Assembly (NCBI RefSeq): GCF_009834535.1
Contig: NC_045697.1
Span: 78,804,001-78,868,000 of the forward strand
Direction: 5' to 3'
DNA length: 64,000 bases
Source: Camelus ferus
Lineage: Eukaryota
Part shown: one piece after another, positions 1 to 12,220 of the stretch
How the letters are laid out: each line of letters starts with the position of its first letter
How positions within the stretch are numbered: the stretch's first letter is position 1
Notes under the pieces: generated by a model
What the model was told of the DNA's origin: nothing
Database searches by the model: none
The model's input: the letters and a program-made list of their open reading frames with translations, nothing else
Position numbers and translations under genes: made by a program

Positions 1-1174
1 GCTTTTATTTCTATTTCCACATAGTAAGGAGATACATATTCTCACTTATTACTTTGGCTAGGAAACTTAAGTTTTTTGTTTTTGCTTTGTTTTTGTTTTT
101 GTTTTACATTTCAGGAGCATTGGGGCATCACTAGTTCGGTAAAAATCTCAGTAATATTATTCTAACATGGAAGAATTTCAGTATCCCATGTGAACATACT
201 GGGGTGGGGGAAAGTAAAGCTTTCAGATTTGGGATTTATTCATTTCATTTGGAATGTTTTCTCCTAAGTTTGCATGAATTGATTTTGGTGAAATACAAAT
301 TCTTTGTTGAGAAGATACAAACAGGAGTCATAGAATAATAACTTCAACTTTCACCAGGAAGCCACGTAGTCATTCATTTAGTCACTTAGTCTGGTAGTCT
401 TCAGTCAGCACTTATATTCCCCAGGTGTAGACATTCATAAAGAAGGTGGTCCAAAAAAGAAAAGGGGAGATAGTCTATGAAACAAATGCTGCCATCTAGA
501 GAGGGAGAGTAAAGAATATACAGACAGTGGTCATTTTCCAAGTATAATTCAAACAAAAATGGAAAGCCTCAGTCAGAATTTCACATCTCAGAATGTGAAA
601 ATTTTCCAAGGAGAAATCATCCCTTAGAAGAAATCAGCACTTCATAAAAAGAAGCTGTTAAGAATTCCCTTAACTTGAGGTGAAAGGTTATTCTGCTAGT
701 AATTCTGTATAACAGGGAACCTAGCAAGAGATTTTTTTTAAATTTTAAGCAGGATCCGTTAAGGACGGTGTTCTTGAGGCTGTATAAAATAACTGCATGA
801 GAGCCAAATGTTTTATCTGTCAAAAAAGTAAATGAGTATACAGCTTTGTTTCTGATTTGTTTTGTTTAAACAAACTTTTAAAAATCACAAGAAGGTAGTA
901 TATTGGTCAGTTTACCTCATTTTCATGATACAGTACAAGGACACTGTTTACTCTGAGTGGCTTTAAAAGAACACGAATTGTAAAATCAAACAAACACCAA
1001 AGGAATCACTGAAAATACCTGAAAAATCACAGGAAAAGGTAGCGATTTAGCTTGTCTCTATATATTACATGTGCAGACATTTAAACAATTCACTTTTTAG
1101 AATGAATAGTACATACTGAGGTAGCAATACCCGAATCAATTCACTTAGAAATTTCCCAAAACATTTCTAGAATA

Positions 1175-1569
1175 CAGGTTTCCCCTGCTATCCAAAAGCA
1201 GAGTGTTCCTATGAAACCTTTCATAAGCCATAATGTCCTAAAGTGAAGCAGCAGCACCTTAGGACACATCTTGCTAGGGGATGTACAAAATAAATTGAGA
1301 AAAAGCACAGAAGCTCACAGACACAGGTCAAAGCTACTGGGGGGTTGATGCTGAGATGCTGAAAGTAGATCTTGGGGAAGGAGCTGGTGGTGGAACCCTC
1401 ATTGCTAAAGGTACCTGCTACCTCTCTAACAGCTCATTGCAAAACAAAGGCTGAATGCATTTTTGCTTTTCTTCATATTTCTTTCTGTTATCGAAAACAG
1501 GTACTGATGAAGGTCTTTTGTAAAAGTGAAGTGGCATAAAATGAACTTTTGAAAAGTGGAATATGCCTA
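1175..1569. mobile_element. TcMar-Tigger-type non-autonomous DNA transposon (MITE)
   Basis: Degenerate terminal inverted repeats: TA|CAGGTTTCCCCTGCTATCCAAAAG at the left, and CTTTTGAAAAGTGGAATATGCCTA|TA at the right. Flanking TA dinucleotides are typical of Tc1/mariner. Confidence 0.7.
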
Positions 1570-1949
1570 TAACTCATTAGAATACACCTTGCCTAGATTA
1601 CTGAAAAAAACAACCAAATTATTAGTTAAGGAATATCCTAGGTCATTTTAAAATCCAAGCAGTATGAACTGAAGTAGGTTTTAAAGTTCTTTTTTTCAGC
1701 TGCTCAGTATTTTGTCCTCTGAAAAGTTTTGAAATTTAGTATTGCATTGTAAATTTCAATTTTTTCTCAGCTATACATTTATCTGAGATAATATATTTAT
1801 ATGTATGCATATAAGTATATTTACATATACTTGATATAATTAAAATTATAAAAATAAATCGAAATCTGCCATTTAAATTTGTTTACATAGAAGGGCTCAT
1901 GCTTCTCAAACTTATCTAGTAAGAAATAATTAATTGAGCACTGTTAAAG

Positions 1950-2050
1950 CATCATTCACTCATTCATTTAGCAAATACATATTAAGTACCTACAATATCC
2001 CAGGCAATGTTATAAGTGCTGGGGATGATGCAGAGAACAAATATAGTTGC
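1950..2050 (-). mobile_element. LINE-2 3' end fragment
   Basis: CATTCACTCATTCATTTAGCAAATACATATTAAGTACCTAC...CCAGGCA...TGCTGGGGAT matches the reverse complement of the L2 3' terminus. Confidence 0.7.
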
Positions 2051-2357
2051 ACAGTTCTGCGTAAGCCTCATAATATTCCCATAAGCAGTAATTATTTCCA
2101 TTATACAAAAACTTGCTCAAGAACTTACTGCTTGCAAGTGAGGGAGTGGATTTGAATTCAGTCTCTGCTTACTTATAAATCATATTTTTAATGTCCCTTG
2201 TGTTGCCTCCCATATACTTAGCCCTTCCTGCCCTGATGAAAGTTTTAAGGAAAAATTTTTGATTTTCAATAACTTGAGAACCTGTGACAGGTGAATATCA
2301 GTGCTGCTCTTGGAAAGTTTATTAAAGCTTAGTCAAAACACTTGAATCCTTCACAAG

Positions 2358-3762
2358 AACATTATGAAAATGCAAATCAAAACCACAATGACATACCACT
2401 CACATCCATTAGGATGATTAGCATCAAAAACAAACAGAAAATAAGTACTGATGAGGAAGTGGAGAAACATACCTTTGTGCATTGTTGGTGGAAGTATAAA
2501 ATGCTGTGAAAAATAGCTTGGTGATTTTTCAAAAAGTTATGTACAGAATCTCCATATGATGTAGCAACTTAACTCCCAGGTAAATAGCCAAAAGAAATGA
2601 AAGCAGGGATTCAAATAGATACTTTTATACCAATGTTTATAGCAGCATTATTTACAATGGCCAAAGGTGGAAACAACCCAAGTGTTGTACATAAATAGAT
2701 GAGCAGATAAATAATAATAAATAATAATAAAATGTGGTATATACATACAATGGAATATTACTTACCCTTAAAAAGGAATGAAAAAATATAATTTGAAATG
2801 ACACATGTATCCTGATGTTCATAGCAGTACTATCTATAATAGCCAAGACATTGAAACAGCCTAAATGTCCATCAACAGATGACTGAATAAAAAGTTGTGT
2901 TATATATATACAATGGAATATTACTCAGCTATAAAAAATGAAATAATACCATTTGCAGCAGCATGGATGGACCTATAGAATATCATATTAAGTGAAGTAA
3001 GTCAGAGAAAGACAAATATCTTATGATATCACTTATATGTGGAATATGAAAAAAGATACAGATTTCATTTACAAACCAGAAATAAACTCACAGACATGGA
3101 AAACAAACTATGGTAACCAAAAAGGAAAGGGGGGAGGGATAAATTAAGAGTTTGGAATTAACAGGTACACACTATTATATATAAAACAGATAAACAACAA
3201 GGACCTACTATATCACACAGGGAACTATATTCAATTTCTTCTAATAAACTATAATGGAAAAGAATCTGAAAATATATGTATATATTTATATATGTATGCA
3301 TATGTATAACAGAATTGCTTTGCTGTACACCTGAAACTAACATTGTAAATCAATTACACTTCAATGAAAAATAAAATTTTAAAAAAGGAATGAAATCCTG
3401 ATACATGCTACAGTGTGGATAAACCTTGAAAACATTATGCTAAGTGAAATAAGCCAGACATAAAAAGAAAAATACTATATAATTCCATTTACATGAGATA
3501 TCTAGAATAGGCCAATTCTTAAATACAGATAATAGAACAGAGGTTACTGGGATCTAAGGGAAGGGAGGAGCAGGAGAGTTTATTATTTAAATAGTTTCTG
3601 TTTGGGGTTATGAAAAAGTTACAGAAATAGTAGTGATAGGTACACAACAATGTGAAAGTACTTAATGCCACTGACATGTACACTTAAAAATGGTTAAAAT
3701 GATAAATTTTATGTTATGTGTATTTTATCACTGTTATGTGTATTTTATCACAATAGAAAAAA
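2358..3762 (+). mobile_element. Old 5'-truncated L1 (L1MB-like) 3' end, split by a younger L1 insertion
   Basis: ATGCAAATCAAAACCACAATG ORF2-end motif and L1MB-type 3'UTR (GTACACTTAAAAATGGTTAAAATG). 13-bp TSD AATCCTTCACAAG at 2345-2357 and 3763-3775. Confidence 0.9.
2784..3381 (+). mobile_element. Younger cetartiodactyl-type L1 3' end nested in the older L1
   Basis: ORF2 tail (CAGCCTAAATGTCCATCAACAGATGA; GCAGCATGGATGGACC) and 3'UTR (GCTGTACACCTGAAACTAAC). 14-bp TSD AAAAAGGAATGAAA at 2770-2783 and 3382-3395, at a TT|AAAA endonuclease site. Confidence 0.9.
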
Positions 3763-4962
3763 AATCCTTCACAAGTAGTAATGGAGTTCTATGCACCCCA
3801 AGAACACTGGGAACTGGAAAGGGCAGGAAATGATCAGAAAAGGAGGATGAAAATATAACACAGTTTCTCCCTTAACACTATTCTTAAATAAAGAAGCAAA
3901 TAAGTAAGTGCTTGCCTATTTTGAATTTTAAATAAGGTGTTCTCCTTAAATATACAGTTCAAAATAAATTTCTTATCCTTACTATAATTTAACATCCATA
4001 GATGTCAGAAAAAAAATACATCCACTTTTGGCAGTAGAAGTCAGACAAGATCAAACAGAAGGCACGTAGGGTGATGGTTTATATTAGGATTTATTCTTTG
4101 AGTTATTTGTTTGCAGAATATAATACTAGTTAACTGTCTTAAAAGAGCACCATGTGGGAAAATGAGGTTTCACAAAAAAGGAAGTATTAAAGGCTTTTTT
4201 ACCTTGTTCATTTTCTCAATCTCATATTGAGATACAGATTTTCTCGCACTGAGGTGGGGTGATGTGGGTGTTCTAAAAATGGCAGAACACACTAATAAGA
4301 ATTTTTGTATTCATCAGTCTCATCTATGTGTACCAAGCAATTTCTTCCCAATAAAATTCAGTATTAGAGGAAGTTTAATAATTTAAGGTGAAATGTATTG
4401 TTATTTCCATGAAGATGCAAAATATTATGAAGTATCCATATCAGAGACTTCAAAAATGGTATACCCATATCATGCTCAATAAAAAGCTATTAAATAAAAT
4501 CTTAATATCGATTAATTAATCACTATGCACGCCTACTGTTGACATCTATTTGGTTTTATGTGAACCCAATGAAAATTGGCATCAATTAAGTAATTAATAT
4601 CTTTATATGCAACCCAAAACTAAGTTCATAAATTCATATTTTCTTTTTCTTTTCAACATCCTTTTTTCTTCTGTTGACTATTTCTACACATTTTAATGCA
4701 GGTTCAGAATCAAAAAACCTAAAATATATTAAGACAAATAAAAATAAACTTGAAATTCAGTTTAACTGGGAAGGATCTCAATTGTTACACTTCTTTAAAA
4801 TTCACCAGGATTCATATTGTATGTCATAATCTTTAATCTATGTTTAAAAAAGCTAAAGTAAATTTGGAAACAGATTGATTTTTCTGAACCTGTATACAAA
4901 TATGAAGCATCTACTACCTATTGGAGTATCTATCCTAATCCTTAATACATGCTCAGAATAAC

Positions 4963-5210
4963 CCTAGTGCAAAGGGGTTAAATGATTTAAAATACATGAA
5001 CTGAAGTAGTATTTATTGGGTTCAAATCCTGGCTCTGCTATTTATTAACTGCATAACAAACTATTTCCCTTTTCTTGCCTCAGTTTCCTCATCAGTAAAA
5101 TGGAAATTATAACATACCAACTTCATAGTATTGTTGCAAAAAGTCAATAAAGGACTTAAAACAGTTATTTGGCACAGAATAAGCAGTTGATAAATATTAC
5201 GTATTATTAT
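4963..5210 (+). mobile_element. MIR SINE
   Basis: GGGTTCAAATCCTGGCTCTGCTA and GCCTCAGTTTCCTCATCAGTAAAATGG MIR core motifs. Confidence 0.85.
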
Positions 5211-8200
5211 TACTCTCATTTTCAAAGTTAAGAAAATTGAGGCTGGAAATCAGATACCTTCCTCACCAGAATTATACTTGTAGTAAGATGTATGGTCAGA
5301 TCCTAATGCTCTACTAACTCATTATTTTGGAGGAAAAAAATGAAACCATCTCTAGAACATTTTATCATTGGAAGCTTATGATTACTAAAATTATATCAAT
5401 GGCATTTAGGCTGAAAATTTTAATATTATAACACCTACTGCTTCTACATAGCATTACAATAAAATTTTATTGGGCAAAATGATGAATGAAATTTCAAAGT
5501 TAAGGTATCTTCATACAGACGGCCAAAGCACACAAGAATACTTTTTGGCAATTGTCCATGCATTTTAAAGTTTTTCTTTTGTAATATTCTTTGTAATAAT
5601 TCAGATGTTTTAACCAAAAGCCAATTTTATGGTAAATAACAATAAACAGATGAAGTCCTAGCTTGGTCTGTAAAATACTTGTCAGTTAGTTTACTAGAAT
5701 AACATCTTAGGCATGGTCTCCTCAGTCATAAGACATTCAGGTTTTGATGTTAGTGAAGATCCCATGCCCTCCCACGTATTTTATGGAGCTTAGCATAAAC
5801 CAAATATATTTTTAAATCTTCAGTAACTACTCTATCCAAAAAAATATATTTCACTTAAAATTATTGATTAAAATGAAAAGTACTGAGGAAAAGTTAAGGT
5901 GAAAGTTTCAAGAAAGTTAATAAGGACATACTACCATAAACAAGGTGGTCCAACCTTTCCCAAAGCAAAGCAAGGTGATCCCTGCTGAGGGCTCTCTCAT
6001 GAAGCTATTTTCTTATGTGATTAGCCAGTGTTTTGTTTTGTTTGTTTCTGTGCTATGGGAGTTTAATATTTGTTTTCTATCTAGCATGATTTTGCCCTCC
6101 TCTCCAAAATATAAAATTCTACATTGTACTAACAGTATCAGCTACAAAAAATTAACCAAGCTAACTTTTATTAGCTTGTTTTCTTGGACTATAAACATGA
6201 TGAGATGAGATGCACTCCAGACCCCCTGGACCATGAAGTCAAGTCATTAAGACTAAAGTGACTGACATCTATGGAAAGATACATTGTCAAAGCACTATTT
6301 ACAAACTAAATGAGGATATGTCTCTCACCTACTGTGATAGGATAGTGAGTTATTCTCTTTTTAGAATCTGGGCTAACATTTAGTTTAGTGTTTAATTTTT
6401 TTTTAAGCTTTAAGGCGATTTCAGTACTTATCTAATATTTAAAACTTTTGATAAATTTGAATAAGGTTTTATTTTTTTTCCTCTAGACTTTACATTTTTA
6501 CCAAAGCTCCTTTTAAAGAAAAAGCAAATAAGCTTTCCTATATTCAAATAACATGTTTTTCAACATCTGGGTTGGAGGTTTGAGAGGAGGGAAGGAAGAA
6601 GGCAGATACAATATCCCAAGCCCCAAGATCTTCTAAACTGAGATAGAAAACTAGCAGCAGGAAATTAATACCAGGTTTAAAAGGAAAAAAAACTACTATA
6701 ATGAAGCAAATGTTGAACCAGATGCTACATATGAATGAGCCTCTCTCCTAAGAAGTGCTGGCCACTTTTATAACACCGAGTGGGCCAATCAGAGTCGAAG
6801 CATTTCCTGAAGTTCCAGACTGAAACTCATAGTAACTGAATTATTCTCAGGGTTTGGCTTACGAAAATTTTAGACATACAAAAGCCACCATCTTTCTGTT
6901 TTGTATTTCAAAAGTGATGGAATTTCTTCTAATCAATAAATTTCACTTGAAAAGCCAAGTTTGTTATTTTTTGTTTTTATCTTTTGCTCATACACAAAAA
7001 CTTGCATTATTCTAAAGTACACAATCATACATTATTTTAATATGCTTTCAAGTCAAAAACTTAGATATATAACAGTGGGAAATGTGAATAATATTAGCAT
7101 TTATCTGCCTGGTCCTGCAGACACAGACTAAATCAGTTCTGAGACACAGTTGTCCAAACTGAAGGAAAATGTCAAAATTCAGCTTAGATAGATATTAATT
7201 AATTTTCTATTGTCATAACTGGCTCCTGAGAATACCTGAATAAAGGTACTATAACTTTGGAAGCAATAGTAAAAACAAGATAATAAAGAGAAGCTGACCA
7301 GTCTTTTGGGAACCCCATTATTGGAACTAAATGTAATCATGTTGATTATAATGCTTCACAGAAAGTTTGCCAGTCTAACTAGACTGAAAAGTAACCCAGT
7401 AATTCCAACAACATTGTTAAATCATTAGCAAATTCTTCTGGTGAACTTCGTGACACGAACTATAAGAGCAGCCTATTAGAAATTCACCAGCATGCAAAGT
7501 GTATGTATACTTGTATGCCTTCCACCAAGCTTATTATGATCTATAATCATATGTTTTCAAATATACTACAGAAACCCCTGGAAGGTCAAGGCCAAGGACA
7601 AGGCCAGATTAGGCATTTTATTTGTGTTCTACACTTGTCTGCCCCTTTGCTAACATTTCACTGAGCATAGTACACAGTTCAGTATGCAGTGTCAAATAAT
7701 TGCTGACTAACAGAGTGCACACATCCCTCTAGACATAATATACGGTATCCATGAAATGCAGATATTTCAAGTATTTAAAATGTGTATCAAACAAGCCAAA
7801 AGAGAACAAAGAGAGAAAAAGTAAAACAAATTTTATGTCCTTTCACTTAATTCATCTGTTTTTGAATGTTCAAAATCAACTATTTCAAGAAGAATACACA
7901 TTAAACACAAACTTTTCTAACCATGGAAATGAGAGATACCTCAGTACTTGGAAATAACTAAAGATAGATTACCAAAGACAACTGATCTCTTTTTTACGGC
8001 TTTATCAAATATAAAACTTAGAATTACTGAGAAAAGCATTGTGGTAACGTTACTCCAAAATGCTGTCATTTAGAAAACAAATTTTATCATCTGAGGAGCC
8101 TTTATTTCCCCAGTCCTCCTTCATCATTAAAAAATATTTGTGTAGTTTGACGCATTTTTCCAGAGAGCAATAAATAGGTTAGATCAGCAAGTGATTTTAT

Positions 8201-9224
8201 CCACTGACATACAGACTGACTGATGGAAACTTCTAACAGCCTTAAGACTTTAAGCCTTGGTACAAGGGTTTACATCAGACCCTTCGCAGAAGAGGAAAGC
8301 CATTTAATCCCAGAAACTTGCTAAACTTCCTATAAGACAAACCAGAGATTTTGTGTATTTTATTAATTCCAAAAAGAAGAACAAAAAATACTTTTATATC
8401 ACTGGGTGTTCATATTTCTTTTTTTCTCTGTATAATTCTGTATTGGAAAAGACAAGTGCTTAAGAGTGAGCTTCAGCCGGCAAGCCCAATTTCTCCCTAT
8501 ACCATGCGTCAATCTTCCTGTTCAGGGCTACTGTTTGCTTGGGTCCCTGAGAATAATTGCTACCACTTTATTCTGAAATGATGTGCAGGTTTAAAAAAAA
8601 AGAGAGAGAGAGAAAGAAAGAGAGAGAATACCAAGGGACACTGTGTCTATCCTCCTAAAACTAAATTCAAAGGCTTCATAATTTAAATAGAAAGTCACTG
8701 GAGCTCACATTTGCCCAGATGCTTTTTATTAAATTATTGAAAGATTTTTTTATTTCTCTGCATTTTTAAATTCTCAACTCCAATGTATATTTTCTATGTA
8801 TTTATACTGAATGAGAAAAAATTCCCAAAAGGTTGCATACCAAAGAGCAGAGCCTCCTGTTCCCCAAGATTGATGTATGTTTATGAGGAAATCCAGCATG
8901 CAATTTTCAAAACCTGCAGGTTCATTGTAAGTTAAACCATGTGGTCTCCACTCAAATCATTCCCTCCTTAAAATATCAGTCATCAGAACTCCCAGTTGCC
9001 CTCTTCCCTTGAATGCTTCTGCACTGATCTGCTCTTGCCAAGTCCCAGTTGTGTGGTGGAGCCACTGGGGGTGATGGCTCATCAGCAATTTGGGTGACTC
9101 CTTCCTTCACCACTACAATGCCCTCCCCAACACTGAGCTTTATTTGATTGTGGTTTACTCTTTTATTTCAGATAAGAAACTTTTAAATAAAAAAGGGTAA
9201 CATTTTCCAATAAGAAATATAGAG

Positions 9225-9370
9225 AATGTTTTAGGGGCGCATCAAAATGAGCCAGAGGGTTTGATAAAAATATAGATTCCTGACTTCATTCTAGAACTGC
9301 TGAATCAGAACATTGATGGTTTATAGAGAGATTTGCGTTTTAAATTTGAGAACTTCTTCTAGGTGCACTA
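9225..9370. mobile_element. MER5-like hAT-Charlie fragment
   Basis: GCATCAAAAT...AAAAATATAGATTCCTGAC...CTGCTGAATCAGAA resembles the MER5 internal motif. Confidence 0.55.
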
Positions 9371-9836
9371 ATACTATTTTTATGTCATTACAAGAGTGAG
9401 GAAAATATGTTCAAAAGGGCATGGTTCTTCTCATAACAAAACATAAATATTTCCAAAGTGTGTATTGACTGCTGAATAAGCAAATAAGAAGCAAGAAAAT
9501 ACCAAGTTTTAAGCAGAAGTTAAAATTTTTAAAGTGATATAATGTGTCATCAGTAAATTTTAAAGACAGAGAAAATAGTAAAAAGCAGTTTTTGTTTCAT
9601 TACTTGATTTTTAAATAGTCACATAGCACTGTATAAGGTTTGAAGGTCACACATCGTTTGAAATGAGGTATGACCTTAATTCTCAGACAAATTAAAGTAC
9701 AGTTTGGGTAAAGACTGCTGTCCATTTTTAAATCTTTTGTTGGTTCATTTTCACTTAGCCTAGGCCTCATTTCCCTTGGGATCTGCACAGAATCCTGTTG
9801 GAGGGCCTCAGAGTTGTTAAATGACAATTTAAAAGC

Positions 9837-10100
9837 CGATTTAGGATTAGGCAGCTTAACCAGGTGAGCAGAGGTTTTTACTTCGGGAGAGCAAGCGGCA
9901 GCCCTGCCAGGAAGTCCTTACTGCGAGCCCGAAGGCTTAATCAGTCCCCGGAGCAGCGCGGTGGGTGCGGAGGGGCCCACACTCGGAGCGGGGATTAACT
10001 GCGGCCCCAGCCACGCAGCTCCAGTGCCTGCAGCCCATGGCCCGCGTGGCCAAGGCACAGGGGCGCCACGAGTATAAATTTCACGACTCTTTCGTGTGTC
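9837..10100. promoter_or_regulatory. CpG-rich candidate enhancer/promoter with clustered K50 homeodomain sites
   Basis: About 19 CpGs in ~260 bp within a CpG-poor window. GGATTA at 9844 and 9992, AGCTTA at 9854, overlapping GGCTTA/TAATCA at 9934-9943, ETS core CAGGAAGT at 9908, TATAAA at 10073. Not recognisably repeat-derived. Confidence 0.55.
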
Positions 10101-10744
10101 ATTTAGCCCTCTCTAGGGAGTCACTGAATATTAAAACAATCAATCACTCCCAAATCATGTTGCAGAAGTGCACACGTTCAGAAAAGTCAGATGAAATCAG
10201 GATGATTTCTAATTTACAGACAGCCAGGATGCTCTGCCTTGCGCCTTATTTCTTAAATGCTAGAATTACTTGATGTGTTCATTCTGAGACTGCAGTGTTC
10301 TCTTTAGTAGAAAAAGGAACACTTAGGATACATTTATCAATCAGTACTTTTATAAGTAGTGTTATTCCCCTCAACCAAGGACAGCATCTCCAGTCTGTGC
10401 TGGTTCCTTCAGTGACTTACACTGTGTCACCGCGTGACATGGCCACACTCAAAGAGACACGTAGTGCTCAGAATTCTCGCAAGGGTGTGACGCAAAGAAA
10501 TGCGTTTGCTCAGGAGATTGGAGAGCAAGGGATTCTCCTTCAAGGGCACTGAGATGAGGTTTTTAAACGGGAGCTGTGCCTGTAAAAAATTATCAGGTTC
10601 ATTTATATTTCTATAGATAAAATGGATCTCAGAGAAGAGAGGTGTACGTTCAAGAGCATTAGACAAAGACAAGTGGGCAGAAAAATCAAAGACTGTTAAG
10701 CGGCGTGATGAGTAGAACAAACAGTCATCTGCTAGTGTAACAAG

Positions 10745-10920
10745 GCTCCAGAACCTAGAATCTCTCTGCTCCAGAGTGTGATTCAGGAGTCAGCATTGTC
10801 AGCATCACTGGTGAGCTGGTGAGAACGGCAGCCTCTTGGGCCTCACCCTGGACCCACTGAATCAGGGTCTGTATTTTAACTAGTTCTCTTGGTGGTTCAC
10901 ACCCACATTAATGTTCAAGG
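10745..10920. mobile_element. MER5 (hAT-Charlie) DNA transposon
   Basis: CAGCATCACTGGTGAGCTGGTGAGAA...GGCCTCACCCTGGACCCACTGAATCAG...TATTTTAAC MER5 pattern. Confidence 0.75.
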
Positions 10921-11949
10921 TACCCTGTTCCAGAAACTACAGCAGGAGAGTGTGACAAGTAGAGACATGAGCTTTGAGCTCCAGAACACATTACAGATTT
11001 TATTTGTAGATGAAGGAAGACAAAGAGTTTGAGCATATTTTAGAAAGAAGAATATGCTACTGTGTATTAGAATATCTGGCTGTAAATATATACACATAAG
11101 ATATGCAGATGTATAACACAGAAACAATTAAAATCCTATTGAGGTAGTTTACTTCACAACAATGTAGGATAAGAAATATCTAAATGCATTATACTTTATC
11201 CTATGTTTTCTTTTGTACTGATTCCTTAAGAGTATCAAGACTCCTTGCTCCTAGTTTCCAGAAAACTAAATGGTCCCAGGAGTGTCATTCTCAGGCAACA
11301 CTTTATCAAACAGCAATTCAACAGAGGCTCATTCCCTACACGATGAGGTCACAAAACATACATCAACCTAGTCAGCACCTAAAGGAACCTAATGCAAAAT
11401 TAGGATAGCACCATGAAAAGCAAGAGTCAAGACAAAAAGATGGAAAGGTTAATTCATGAGAGGGAGAAGACCAAGAAGCATACAGGTGTCCTCTGCTATC
11501 CAAATCCAGAAATCTGATGAATTCTGATAGCAGGGAATGCTCGCACTGTCAAACACTGGTTAGGAGAGAGACTGTGGTGGAGGGGATGTAACCAGCATTA
11601 TTTACCTAGAAGCTCATTGATAGCGAATTGACAGAATATCAAGAAAAGATTAACCGAGCCATCCTTTCCATTAATGAAACATGGTGACGATTTGTATGTT
11701 ACAGCAGTGAATGTGACCCATAGCTCAAGAGTATGAAGTTGCGAGCTTTATATCTGTAGATTCTGTGCCTCTAGTCATTTTCCCAGGAGTGAGTCCTCTC
11801 TTGGTTAGAGGTAAGCACAGCAGAGTTTCTTAGTAGATACAAGAATCCTCTGTAATTGTAGACAGAGTTGGTGTAGCCAATGAGCTGACTAAGTCTGCTA
11901 TCATAGTCCCATAAGCTTCACTTTAACAGTTGTTAAAGACATGTTTCTT

Positions 11950-12097
11950 TGCTGTGGTATACTACAAGAGGCAGTTTAGAAAGCCACTTAAGAAGCTGTG
12001 TCAACTGGACAAACTACTTAACACCTCTTTGGGCCCCTGTTCCCTCACGTATAATATGAGGATAATATCAATGCCTACCTCATAGAGGATTAAATGA

Positions 12098-12139
<42 letters not shown>

Positions 12140-12220
12140 TGTGCGTGCGCGTGCGCGCATGTGCACCCAGAACCCCCCACCCACATAGTAAGTGCTGTGT
12201 AAATACTGGTTGTTATTATT
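11950..12220 (+). mobile_element. MIR SINE interrupted by a microsatellite
   Basis: GGATAATATCAATGCCTACCTCATAGAGGATTAAATGA...CACATAGTAAGTGCT MIR 3' half. Confidence 0.75.
12097..12167. repeat. (TG)n plus (TGCG/CG) compound microsatellite
   Basis: Directly visible alternating purine-pyrimidine tract. Confidence 0.95.

Noticed and set aside
487..503. CTCF-like TGCTGCCATCTAG
   Set aside because: Lacks the terminal TGG of the core motif.
7438..7490. Pre-miRNA-like hairpin CTGGTGAA...TTCACCAG, and minus-strand peptide FVSRSSPEEFANDLTMLLELLG
   Set aside because: The stem is only about 12 bp with a large loop. The putative exon has a poor donor and an unrecognised peptide.
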